This document shows positions 1-10,526 of a DNA stretch of 64,000 bases, piece by piece. The stretch covers positions 124,001-188,000 of the forward strand of contig MCFE01000018.1 in NCBI GenBank assembly GCA_002104905.1, in the 5' to 3' direction. The translations under genes were made by a program, and so were the position numbers. The notes under the pieces are model-generated. The model searched no databases, had not been told where the DNA came from, and worked only from the letters and a program-made list of their open reading frames with translations. The stretch comes from Basidiobolus meristosporus CBS 931.73 (lineage: Eukaryota > Fungi > Basidiobolomycota). Within the stretch, counting starts at the first letter, position 1. Each line of letters opens with the position of its first letter.

Positions 1-343
1 AAAAATACCACTAATCGCTCATAAGCAAACCAAAGCAAACTGGCTATAATTAGATCGGCATAAATGGTAAAATTGATTTGATTTTGAAGGAACGCTGAGC
101 AGTCATATATTGACTACCAAAAATGTTCAAATCATTTCTTGCCTGGTACTAGACCTTTCATATGGGGAAGAATGTCTTGGCTGGACTGAGGTTTCTTCAC
201 ACTAGAGTCCACGCCACACAGCCATATATTCCTGATTTGAAGTTGACAATAACCACTATTTTGAATACTTACCACTGGAAACACATTTATAAAAGACTGT
301 TTGCTGAAATACGAGTCTTTATACCCATCTCTACCTCGATATT

Positions 344-1881
344 ATGACCAAAGCGCTAGTTCATTATGCAGCTCTCGTTACCCTTTACTTGGGCATTGCT
401 AACGCGCAAGACGATGGCAATGGCTTCGTCTTCAAGTGCGACAAACCCGGCGACTTTGCTTTGACTTTTGATGATGGTATGCTTCCCTTCGACACCTCTT
501 GACTGCTCCAAATTCTAAATTCGATATTCTTTCATCTGCTACAGGCCCAAGCGAATATACTGGAGATCTGCTTAACATCTTGAGCGAGAAAGGGGTGAAG
601 GCCACTTTTTTCGTCCTGGGAAGCCGGGTGGCTCAAGGCGACATCGGCCACTTCCTCAAGCAGACCTATGATGCTGGCCACCAGATTGCATCCCACACAT
701 ATGATCACTTGGACTTGAGTAGTCTCAGCGTCGACAAGATCAGACAACAGATGCTGGACACCGAGGCCGAGATCAAGAAGCGCACCGGGGTTACTCCTGC
801 CATGATGAGGCCCCCATATGGAAACTGCAACGACAGATGCCAATCTGTAATGAAGGACCTTGGCTACACTGTAGTCCAGTGGAATGTCGACTCTGATGAC
901 TGGAAATATATGGAGAATCCAGCTCAATACGATCAACTCGTGACCAACATCCTGAACAAGATCAATCCCTCGGATTCAAGCAAGGATAGCTGGGTTTCGC
1001 TCCAGCATGATATCCACAAGTTCAGTGTTGAGAGGACTCCAAAGATCATTGACAGCATCAAGGCCAAGGGATACAACTTTGTCACGGTCGCTCAATGCCT
1101 CAGTAACAGAGTAGCCGCTTACAAAAATGGTGTGGTTCCTCCTGTGACCCCCACCACATCCACCTCGGTGTCAACTCCTAGCCCCTCGGTCACCTCTGCT
1201 ACCTCTACTACCACTAGCATTGAAATTATCCCCTCTACTTCTAGTGAGCCTGTTACCTCTACTCAGCCTACTTCAATTAATGAGCCTACCACTACTGTTA
1301 CCGAGGCAGAAAGCACCACTCAGGAAACACATACCACCGACACATCAAAATCTACTAGCGAGCCTACCACTACTGTTACCGAGGCAGAAAGCACCACTCA
1401 GGAAACACATACCACTGACACATCAAAATCTACTAGCGAGCCTACCACTACTGTTACTGAGGCAGAAAGCACCACTCAGGAAACACATACCACTGACACA
1501 TCAAAATCTATTGGCGAGCCTGTAACCACTAGCAAGCCTGCAGCCACCACCAGTAAGCCCGTAACTACCATAAGCAAGTCCATTTCATCTACCAGCGATT
1601 ATTCAGCCACCACAACTGAGTCCCCTGCCACTGAATCCACACCTGCTAGTACCGAACAATCAACTGAAGCGGAGATTACCCAAACCAAGACATCAATAAC
1701 AAGCAACGCGGAACTCAGCGCCACCAGTGCTTCAACCACTGACCCACTGCCATCATCCACTGAAAGCACGAGCGTCAGCGCACTCGCAACGGAGTTACCT
1801 GAGAATGGTAGTGCTTTTGCTGCACCTCTGAAATACGTATCACTCCTTATCATTTCACTTGGTCTCCTGCAGTCATTGTAA
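344..1881 (+). CDS. Secreted, probably GPI-anchored chitin/polysaccharide deacetylase (CE4, NodB domain) with a Ser/Thr-rich stalk; 2 exons, intron 477-544
   Basis: ATG at 344 gives a signal peptide (MTKALVHYAALVTLYLGIANA). Removing GTATGC..ACAG (477-544) restores TFDDGPSEYT. Other NodB motifs present: HTYDH, RPPYG, DSDDW, LQHD. Thr/Ser-rich tail ends in a hydrophobic segment. The ORF-track start at 499 lies inside the intron. Confidence 0.93.
1282..1515 (+). repeat. Coding tandem repeat, 3 x 78 bp (EPTTTVTEAESTTQETHTTDTSKSTS)
   Basis: Units start at 1282, 1360 and 1438 and are almost identical at the nucleotide level. Confidence 0.95.
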
Positions 1882-2261
1882 GCTCAACTACCCTACCTCG
1901 TTAAGGTTAAGCTGTAGTACTGCCATAAATTTCAAAAAGATGCTGAGCATTCAAGATCTGATTTTACACCATATTCAATACACAGTACATGATATCCAAT
2001 ATATAAAATGCCATATACAATACACAGTACATGATCCATAATATACGATATGTCAAATACCATTTCCCACGTTATCCATACACCTTAATCAATAAAATCC
2101 CCTGGATGCATAAATATTGAGCAAAAATCCATGATTTCCTAGGCGAGAAGTATCCAATCAAAGCCAAAAATAACACCCAACTCAAAAAAATTGCCATCAC
2201 TCAATAAAAGGGACGACTTGAACAATATTTCTTTCTCTTCCCTCCTGGTCGTCAAGTACCG

Positions 2262-2322
2262 GTAAGTGCTCACCCTGCATGTCAGGAACCTCTTTCGTCG
2301 AGTACTAACATCCCACTGTTAG
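2262..2322 (+). other. Probable 5'-UTR intron of RPL30
   Basis: GTAAGT donor at 2262, TACTAAC branch site at 2303-2309, TAG acceptor at 2322, 17 nt upstream of the ATG. Confidence 0.75.
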
Positions 2323-2339
2323 AGAAGTAGAATTCTGAA

Positions 2340-2675
2340 ATGGCTCCCATTAAGAAATCCAAGAAATCAGTTGAATCAATCAACTCTCGCTTGGCTTTGG
2401 TCATGAAGAGTGGTAAATCCAACCTTGGCTACAAGTCTACTTTGAAGTCTATTCGTAATGGCAAAGCCAAGCTTATCATTCTTTCCGGAAACTGCCCTCC
2501 CTTGAGAAAGTCGGAGATTGAATACTATGCTATGCTCTCCAAGACCAGTGTCCACCACTACAATGGTAACAACATCGAGCTTGGTACCGCCTGTGGTAAA
2601 TACTTCCGTGTCGGAGTTCTTGCCATTACCGATGCCGGTGACTCCGATATCTTAAAGACTCAAGAGCAACAATAA
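2340..2675 (+). CDS. RPL30: 60S ribosomal protein L30 (eL30)
   Basis: Canonical sequence: [57 protein letters not shown]. Confidence 0.98.
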   Translation: MAPIKKSKKSVESINSRLALVMKSGKSNLGYKSTLKSIRNGKAKLIILSGNCPPLRKSEIEYYAMLSKTSVHHYNGNNIELGTACGKYFRVGVLAITDAGDSDILKTQEQQ

Positions 2676-3591
2676 ATATAGCGAATAATTTCTCATTTTC
2701 TTCCCCCTGACTTTGGTTGATCATATCGTTTGTTGCAGTAGCATCTAAATCTCAAGGCCACCCATCCATCTATTACGCGCAGCTAATCAACGGCTTTAAC
2801 AATGGTGTAAAGTGGATATTGTGTGTAAATGGATTGCGATCTACCTTGACTTGTTTGTACCGGTTGTCCTAGGAGCCCACTACAAATCCTCTAAATCTCT
2901 AGTTGTGTTAGCTAGATCCTAGACACACATAATCGTGCTTGTTCATGTACATATACAGCATATATACTCCTTATCAGTTGTGGATTTAAAGTAATAATAT
3001 TAATACCAATATATGTATGCATATATTATCCCTCATCATATGGTGTGTATGCATGCAGAATTGCCATCTTTCCAAACCAGAAGCACGGAAATGCATGCTG
3101 AAACCCAATCCGATAATAGCCACGAGAGTGACCTTGCTTATCTTTGTATATATAGTCTTTGTTCCAAATCTCAAAGCAAGCAAAGGTTATTTTTACTCAT
3201 TACCTAGTCTTCTTTACTACCCCACTTGCCATTGGTCTGTCGCTCTAATTAAATCATATTACAAACAGAAGGCTGAAATCACGAAGGCATTTAGTATTTG
3301 CACCTAGCTAATATCCACTGTATATCCACCATTGGCCGGCAGCCCGCTAAATCTCGCACTTATTTTTAACATCAGCTAGAACGAATCGCCACCACTGACA
3401 ATTATTAGTGAGCCATACGTGGTTTTGCTTGGAATCCACCAGGTTATCGATAGTTCCTTAATAACAGGCAAGTCGAAGAAACTATAATAACCTAGGTATC
3501 AGTTTCTCCTTCTTGTCTCTTTCAGAGTTTCAGACACCTTCGACTTTGTTGGAAGAAATTAATTTAGCTAGTTCGCCAACCACCATTTCGA

Positions 3592-5528
3592 ATGACGTAT
3601 AAATTGAACCAAGCACGGCACAACATGAAAAGGGAGTCGGTGGCAACATCTAATCATTCAGAGATACCTGAACATAAGGCGAAAGGTTGTACATTTCATC
3701 AGCGCCTCTTCAGAATATTCTTAGGAGTCATGATTACATTCGGGATAACGCTGGGGATCCTCACAAGCCCCATATCGTACATGTTCAAAGATCTTTCGAT
3801 CGCCTCTAATGGGCACACCCGACCTTACAAGCTCTCGAGATTTGACCAGCAAATCAATGTATTTCCTTCGATCTTCAACCAAGATGTATACCCAACAGAG
3901 GATACACCAAAGATTACCAAAACACTAGAGCAGAAGAAAACCCTAGTGGAGTACGACAGCTCCGATTCAGAGAATCTTTGCTATCGTAGCTACATGAACA
4001 CACACGACGTGATTCCCGATTATTCGCGGGTTGGTTACGAAAATGGCGACCAAGAGATCCCGGAAGACATTCCCTCTATAATAACATTAGAACCCGCCGT
4101 ACATCCTACAGATGATACGAAGCGAATCCAGGCAGCTATAGACAGCTTTGCTAAACATCCAGTTGATCCACACACCGGCTACCGAGGCGTGATGCTCTTA
4201 AAATCTGGTGTATATCGTGTCAGCAAGACTGTGCGTGTGCTTCAGTCGGGAATCGTGATCCGGGGAGAATCTGCAGGAAACACCACAGTGATAGCGACAG
4301 GGAAAGACCGATACACAGTATTTCAGGTAACAGGCAAAGGCCGCCCCATGCCCCTGTCGAGGCTAACTGCAGAGGTTTTACAAACGTACGTACCGGTTGG
4401 TGCAGTTCAATTGAGAATCAGCCCACTACTAGCTCGGGGATTCCGAGTTGGAGATGAAATCGTTATAGAAAGGCGCGGCAACCAGGAGTGGATCGAGGAA
4501 ATCGGAATGAATAACATAAGCCTGTACAGACCACAAAGGGCCTCAAGTGTGATTAACTGGAGACCCTTCGAACTGACATTCACCCGAACAATTCTGGCGA
4601 TAAATAGGGCAAATGGCATCGTCACTATAGACATCCCTCTGACGAACAGTATTGAGAAGCGCTGGGGTGGTGGTAGAATATTTCCCTACCGATTCCACGG
4701 GCGCCTGGATCATGTCGGAATTGAACATATTAACTTTATATCGGACTTCGATGCAAACAAGGTCGCCACCGATGAGACAGGAGAGGAGTATTTTTCAGAC
4801 GCAGATCATCCTGAGGCGGTCCTTTCCTTCGAACGAATGATACATGGATTTGCAAGAAACATTACGGCTACGCATTTCAACAACTTCATAACTGTTGCAA
4901 ATTACGCCAAGTGGGTCACTGTGGAGAACTGCAGATATTCAAGCCCGGTGGCACCGATCGATGGTGGAAACAGATATGCATTCTTCATTGACCGTGGAGC
5001 GGAATTGGTCCTATTCAAAGGGAACTACGCAGAACATGCGCGACATGCGTTTATAGTGGGCTCTCAAGTAACAGGACCGAATGTATTTCACAATTGTACA
5101 GCTGAAAAACAACATGGCAGTAGCGGTAAGCACTACTATTACTTGAAAAACAATTTCCAAGGCGAATACTAACGAGAAACGCGATGCATATAGAGCCTCA
5201 CCATCGCTGGTCAGTGGGCGGACTTTTTGACAATGTCAATTCGGACATCTCGGTGCAAAACCGGGAACATTTAGGAAGTGGACACGGTTGGTCTGGTGCA
5301 AACTACGTGTTATGGAACACGGTTGGGAAGACCATCGTGCAGAAGCCGCCTACTGCCTGGAACTTCGCGTTCGGTGTGGAAGGGGAGCAGGATAAGGGGA
5401 CTTTTGGAAAGAACATACCCCAGGGTTGGTGGAACAGTTTAGGGGAACACGTCAAGCCACAGAGTCTGTACAAAGCTCAGTTAGACCAACGACAAAAAAG
5501 TATCATAGGCAAATGGTGTGAAAAGTAA
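3592..5528 (+). CDS. Type II membrane-anchored right-handed beta-helix protein (pectate-lyase-3-like superfamily); 2 exons, intron 5126-5193
   Basis: N-terminal TM segment (RIFLGVMITFGITLGILTSPISY). Motifs IPDYSRVGY..G...IP, DDT.RIQAAID, GVMLLKSGVYRV, IVIRGE. Splicing GTAAGC..TACTAAC..TAG joins SS to EPHHRWSVGGLFDNV..GSGHGWSGANYVLWN, fusing the two track ORFs. Confidence 0.8.
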
Positions 5529-5760
5529 GGATTCGTGTTCATATTAAACTAATTTGTATAGTAAATCTCCATACCAAATCACGATTCTATATTACTTATG
5601 TGCATATAGCAAAAATCATGTAATAAAATATGGGCAAAGTCGAAGTAAAATTCAATTAAGGTGGTTTTATCAACATTAAATGCAGTTCAGTGCAGTACAA
5701 CGCTTCGTCAATCTAAACTATGTAATTGTAGGCAGGGCAAAGGGAAAGATACAAAGTAAC

Positions 5761-6039
5761 CTAGTTTTCTTTTTTGGTCTCCGTAGCTTCTTCAGCAGCC
5801 TTAATTTTCTCCATCTCCTTGACCAACAAGTTGATTGCTACGAATAGACAGGCAGTGAGGACCAACACAATTATTGCATGGATATTACCACCGGTGGCGA
5901 AAGCCAAAAAGCCCAGGGATGCCAAGGCAGCAATAAAAGATATGTTCATCACTTTGACCACTGAGCCATTAACTCCAGGTGTGAAGATAGAGCTCCAGAT
6001 GTCGGCCATAAGACCTTGGCTTGTCTCTATATTCATCAT
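5761..6039 (-). CDS. PKR1: ER V-ATPase assembly factor Pkr1-like protein
   Basis: MADIWSSIFTPG followed by two TM segments with IH in the loop and a charged tail; matches the Pkr1 family pattern. The true start may be the Met at 6009. Confidence 0.8.
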   Translation of the reverse strand: MMNIETSQGLMADIWSSIFTPGVNGSVVKVMNISFIAALASLGFLAFATGGNIHAIIVLVLTACLFVAINLLVKEMEKIKAAEEATETKKEN

Positions 6040-6971
6040 GTGATGAGCGTTTAAAAAGCATATCTAAGGGAAAATAGGCGAGGTAAATATTGGTTTACCT
6101 TGGGGTTTCTCGGTGGTTTTGTTGGACATAAGAATAGAGTGAACAGAATATACGGAAGGGCGATGTATTCAGAAAATCACCAAGACGGATACACACTTAC
6201 GTACAGCCAGTCAGTTTGGCGTGATATATGAGAAATAATTCAGCGCATTGAGGCCGCGATATTTATTCAACAGTGCCACAAAATTAACCTAAATTTAATT
6301 CAACGTATAAACCTTTGAAATGGACATCCTGGAAAACCAATCATGTGCATCCTCATGGTCGACTACGATGCCCCCTGTTTAACAACCATGACTAGGAAAG
6401 AAAAAAAAATCCCCACGAAAAACTATAAATAGATTCCCACCAGTATACGAATAATCACCTCTTCTCAATGCACCTCAGGTACAGTATCATTTCCACTCTT
6501 CCACAGTTTAATATACCCCGGGATGAAATTTTTTATATTTCAAACTAGAGTTTCTGAATCATTTAGTGATTATAACGCACTCACTGAGGGCAAAGAAACT
6601 AAACCCGACCATTCTTTTTCATGTCATCAACTCCTAACCACTTTCTAAACCATAGTTGGCTTCACTAATAGCAACTGAGTACTCTTCATGAAAATCGGAT
6701 AATGTAAGTTACTCTTCATATTCTGGGGCAAAGTGATGATAACCACGCAAAAAAAGCTGGAATTACCGGCCGAAAATTCTTGATGGATAATTTTGCACTG
6801 TACTCTACTGAAATGCCCCGTATCATATATCACATTTAAATTTGATACTGATCATTATTTTTTTTAGGGTGTGAAATGCCTGTCCTTACCCAGGAGTAAA
6901 CACTCAATGTATTTCTATAATTCCGTACAAATGTGAGTCATTGCCTCTTCATTTTTGGATGGATTTGTGAG

Positions 6972-7330
6972 ATGATGAAACGCACTGGGCACTGACCAGT
7001 TTAGACGCTGGGACATTGACGATATGCATTTTCGGGCCTAGAAAACCCGTGACTGATCACAACTGCCATACATCAATCACAAAATATCTAAGAGCATTAG
7101 CTAACCTACCCATCCTCAGGTCTACACAGTATTCGAAGAAACAGTTGATTGGGCCATTGGTTACATAATCGGTGAGTAGTCTTACATATAGGAGATGTTC
7201 AATGTGATGATAACTACGCAAAAAAAGCTGGAATTACCGGCCGAAAATTCTTGATGGATAACTTTGCACTGTACTCTTCTGACACGAACATATCTCTTGT
7301 CTCATATCCGAGAGACTTTCAATTAACGCC
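6972..7330 (+). repeat. Upstream block duplicated at about 23138-23500; partial third copy at 6733-6805
   Basis: TGGGCACTGACCAGTTTAGACGCTGGGACATTGACGATATGCATTTTCGGGCCTAGAAAACCCGTGACTGATCACAAC is identical in both places. A further homologous block lies at 7910-7995, 23618-23700 and about 12925-12990. Confidence 0.9.
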
Positions 7331-8578
7331 ATTTTATAGACTTTCGCAGTCCTGTTAATAATTCCACTCCGACCTGAAACTGTTTAATGCACCGATGTCT
7401 ACGATAACCACAAATGGTGAGTTTATATTTCATTCACCACATGAGAACATGGATCAAGATGATGACTTTGATGACGAGTCAGAAGAGTATTTCGCTGTTG
7501 ACTCCATCTTTTTTACCATTCATGCCTATAACTGATTGATCCTGTTCTCATGGACTCATCTGCTACATATGATTCAATCCACTAACCTTACAACTAGTCT
7601 ATAATCCAGTTGTAAATACGTACCACATGCTTGATCGGAACAATCACCAGGTAAATATCACTCTTGTAACGAGGAAGTTGTGGCTTAAAGGATGAGTTAG
7701 AAAAAAGACAAGCATATGTCCGATTCCAATGAAGGATAGACTTTCTTAACTGATACCTACAACTAAACCTTACACAGACAAGGATTTATGTGCAAGTATA
7801 CTTATACTTTCTTCATAGTAATCAATGAAATCTCGCTGCTTGACGGTGGAAGGCAACGAACAAGTAGCGCAACTGATTGATGTAAGTTACATATTCAAAA
7901 AACTACTCGGGACGTGAGGAGTAAAATGATGAACCAAATTTTCACGACGGTCAAATGAATCCAAGTGATTATATCGGCATTGACATGCCATTTGTACTGA
8001 ATACTCCGATAGTCTCATACTATCAAACTAATTGGCCAATGCTAATGTTGCAGTTTCTTAGGTCTAACTGACATTGTAAATAAATAATGTGTCATCAACC
8101 AGATGTGCTCATAATGTTATATAACTTTTCTCATGCCATTTATGATTCAAAATGTCACGGTGGTCAAATGAAAACAAGTGATTATATCGGTTTCCATTCG
8201 TACTGAAGTCTTCCATCATTTACTGCAAAGTGCTAACCATAACAGTTTTAGGCTCAGCCGACACTAGTTAATAAAAAGTATATTCTACAAATATATTTGT
8301 TGTGTGCCATTTTTCTTATTTGGATGGGGATGTCGCGTAACGAAGACAGTAAGATTGGCTTTACTTCGACCCATCCAGCCATTACGTGAGGTGGGTATTC
8401 TATTCAGCCGGAGAGGGTTAAATAAAGTTTATCAGTCCACTTTTGGCGTTGTTGGTACGTATTTCATTCAACTGTTCTTTAGTGGATTTCCTCGGGAAAA
8501 AATTCTGGATGCCAATTCAGCTACATTCAAAGTAGAGGTGAAATCGGTAAAAGTTTGGTTTCCCTTGACGTCTCCCCC

Positions 8579-9645
8579 ATGAAATTCACCTCAAAGCTGA
8601 AGCTTCTCTGTTGCGTTTGCATCCTCTTATTTATAGTCGTAGCAACCTCAATATCCTTTCTTGGGTTACTTTCAGTAGGTCACATACGGTCATACCACTT
8701 TGCCAGGTATTTATATGACCCGTATGGTCACCGCCAACTCACGTGCTAACTTTTTGATGGGTGGAGCTCGAGGAAGCAGCTGGTGATATTCCTACTCACT
8801 TCCTTGAAAACTTTACCAACAAGAGGCAAGGATGTGTCCTTGACTTGGGGTAAACGGGCAAAGGAGTATAGGGAGTCGGGTAGCTCCGTGTCGCCAGTAG
8901 ATGTGATGTTTTCGGAGTCGGCGGACACATCGAAATACGGGCTGCCTCATCTGCCGTTGCCCGACGTGGGTTACTCCGAGTTGTATAAGAAAACATTCTC
9001 AACATTTCACTATCTATACGAGCACCACCTGAACGACTATGAGTGGTTTATGAAGGTTGGTAGAGATGAAATTTATGTTGATGCTGGGTTCGTGTTAACA
9101 GATGAAACTTCAGGCTGACGATGATACATTCGTGAGGATTAACACTCTAATGTCCTTGCTAAACAATCCTAACATCAATGCAAGCGAGCCACTGCTCTTT
9201 GGTAGAACTGGTGGGTCATGGTGTTGGGGTGGACCAGGTAAATCCTACACTCGTGCTATGCCACTGCTAGGTACTTACTGCCATTCTAGGGTATATCATC
9301 AACCGCCGGATGCTCAGTCTCGTGGGGCCGTATCTCCCCTACTGCCTGAAAAACGAGAAATATGTTGGCCCAGAAGACGTCATGTTTGGTGAATGTGTCA
9401 AGTACGCACTGAGCCAAGCACTCCCTGACTATCAAAGCCCTGGATGTCAGAATATTCCAGGCGGGAGTGGCCATGAGTTCTTTGCTATACCCGCCAACGA
9501 TGATCTCTGGAAACACTTCGATGATCCACAATATACATTCAACATCCCTTACAGTGATAGTTACGAATGGTCCTTTGGTAAAGCAGTTACCCTTCATTCC
9601 GTCAAGGACTCTTTGATGTACAAGCTCAATGAGCGGTACGAATAA
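8579..9645 (+). CDS. GT31 glycosyltransferase (core-1 beta-1,3-galactosyltransferase/Fringe-like), copy 1; exons 8579-8706, 8767-9055, 9114-9237, 9290-9645 (298 aa)
   Basis: Type II TM anchor; spliced motifs YEWFMKADDDTFV, CWGGPGYI and EDVMFGEC. Exon lengths 128/289/124/356 are the same in all three copies. Confidence 0.88.
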
Positions 9646-10181
9646 GTTGGGATGGTAATTGGTTTGTAGCACAATATTTCCTCTTATTTCCTATCTGCTA
9701 GTTTGTAATACAATTTCCCTATTACGTTTCCTAAACTACTGTCTCGATGAATTATTTGAGCATCATTAATCATGTACAATAAAGTATTCAGATGGTTTGG
9801 GACAGATGACGTTATGGTTATAGTCACAGCCAAGAATGTTTAAATCAGAATTAGGATTGCAAGGGACATAATGCAACTAGAAATACACCAATTTTTATTG
9901 ACCTAGTGTGACAACCCGTTGGTACTCAGTTCTATCCACACGCCAAGAGCTGGCAATACTAGTTGAGTCAAAGCTGGGGCTGAAGTTCAGGATCTCCTGG
10001 CCATATTTGAATTTTTTAACAATTATCTGTACTTATAAATTTGTCAAAAGCTAGTGAGCTCTGTTGAGGCATTTATTTTAGCAGCATCACCAAGGTCTTG
10101 CAAAAGTTTAAGTAGCTTATGTGTCCTTAAGCAACACGCTCTTATATGTTTGACTTGCTTGGTCCGTGCTAAGGTATATAT

Positions 10182-10526
10182 TGTTGCAAGAGTTTTGGAG
10201 ATATTGAAAGTAATTGGGAGAACAAGTAAATTATGTGGTTTCACCTAATCATTAATTGAATGTAAAAGTGGTATTTATATTTTTATAAAGCCTTGGCAGA
10301 GTAAATACACAGAATATGCTTAAGAAGGTCTCAAGAACACGTGTGCAAATTATGGGTCTGTTTGGACAATTTGTCAACTTTTCATGTCCTGGATACCTGA
10401 TATTATGGTGAAGTATTTCAAGTAAACCCTGCGAACGAATCTAGGCAGAATTCTCTAAGATTTTAGATTATGATCTAAGTAACTAAGTCAAGTGAATATT
10501 TAGGTGTAATTACGAAATTTACAACA
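10182..10526 (-). mobile_element. Solo Copia LTR (about 345 bp)
   Basis: TGTTG..ACAACA ends; homologous to the LTR at 20420-20768. No target-site duplication visible. Confidence 0.85.

Noticed and set aside
162-347. Numerous 60-110 aa ORFs in the track here and in other intergenic or LTR regions
   Set aside because: No motifs, many begin at non-ATG codons, and several are simply readings of LTR sequence.
1968-2045. Short imperfect direct repeat (CCATAT..AATACACAGTACATGAT) downstream of the deacetylase
   Set aside because: Two copies of about 30 bp in AT-rich intergenic DNA; ordinary slippage explains it.
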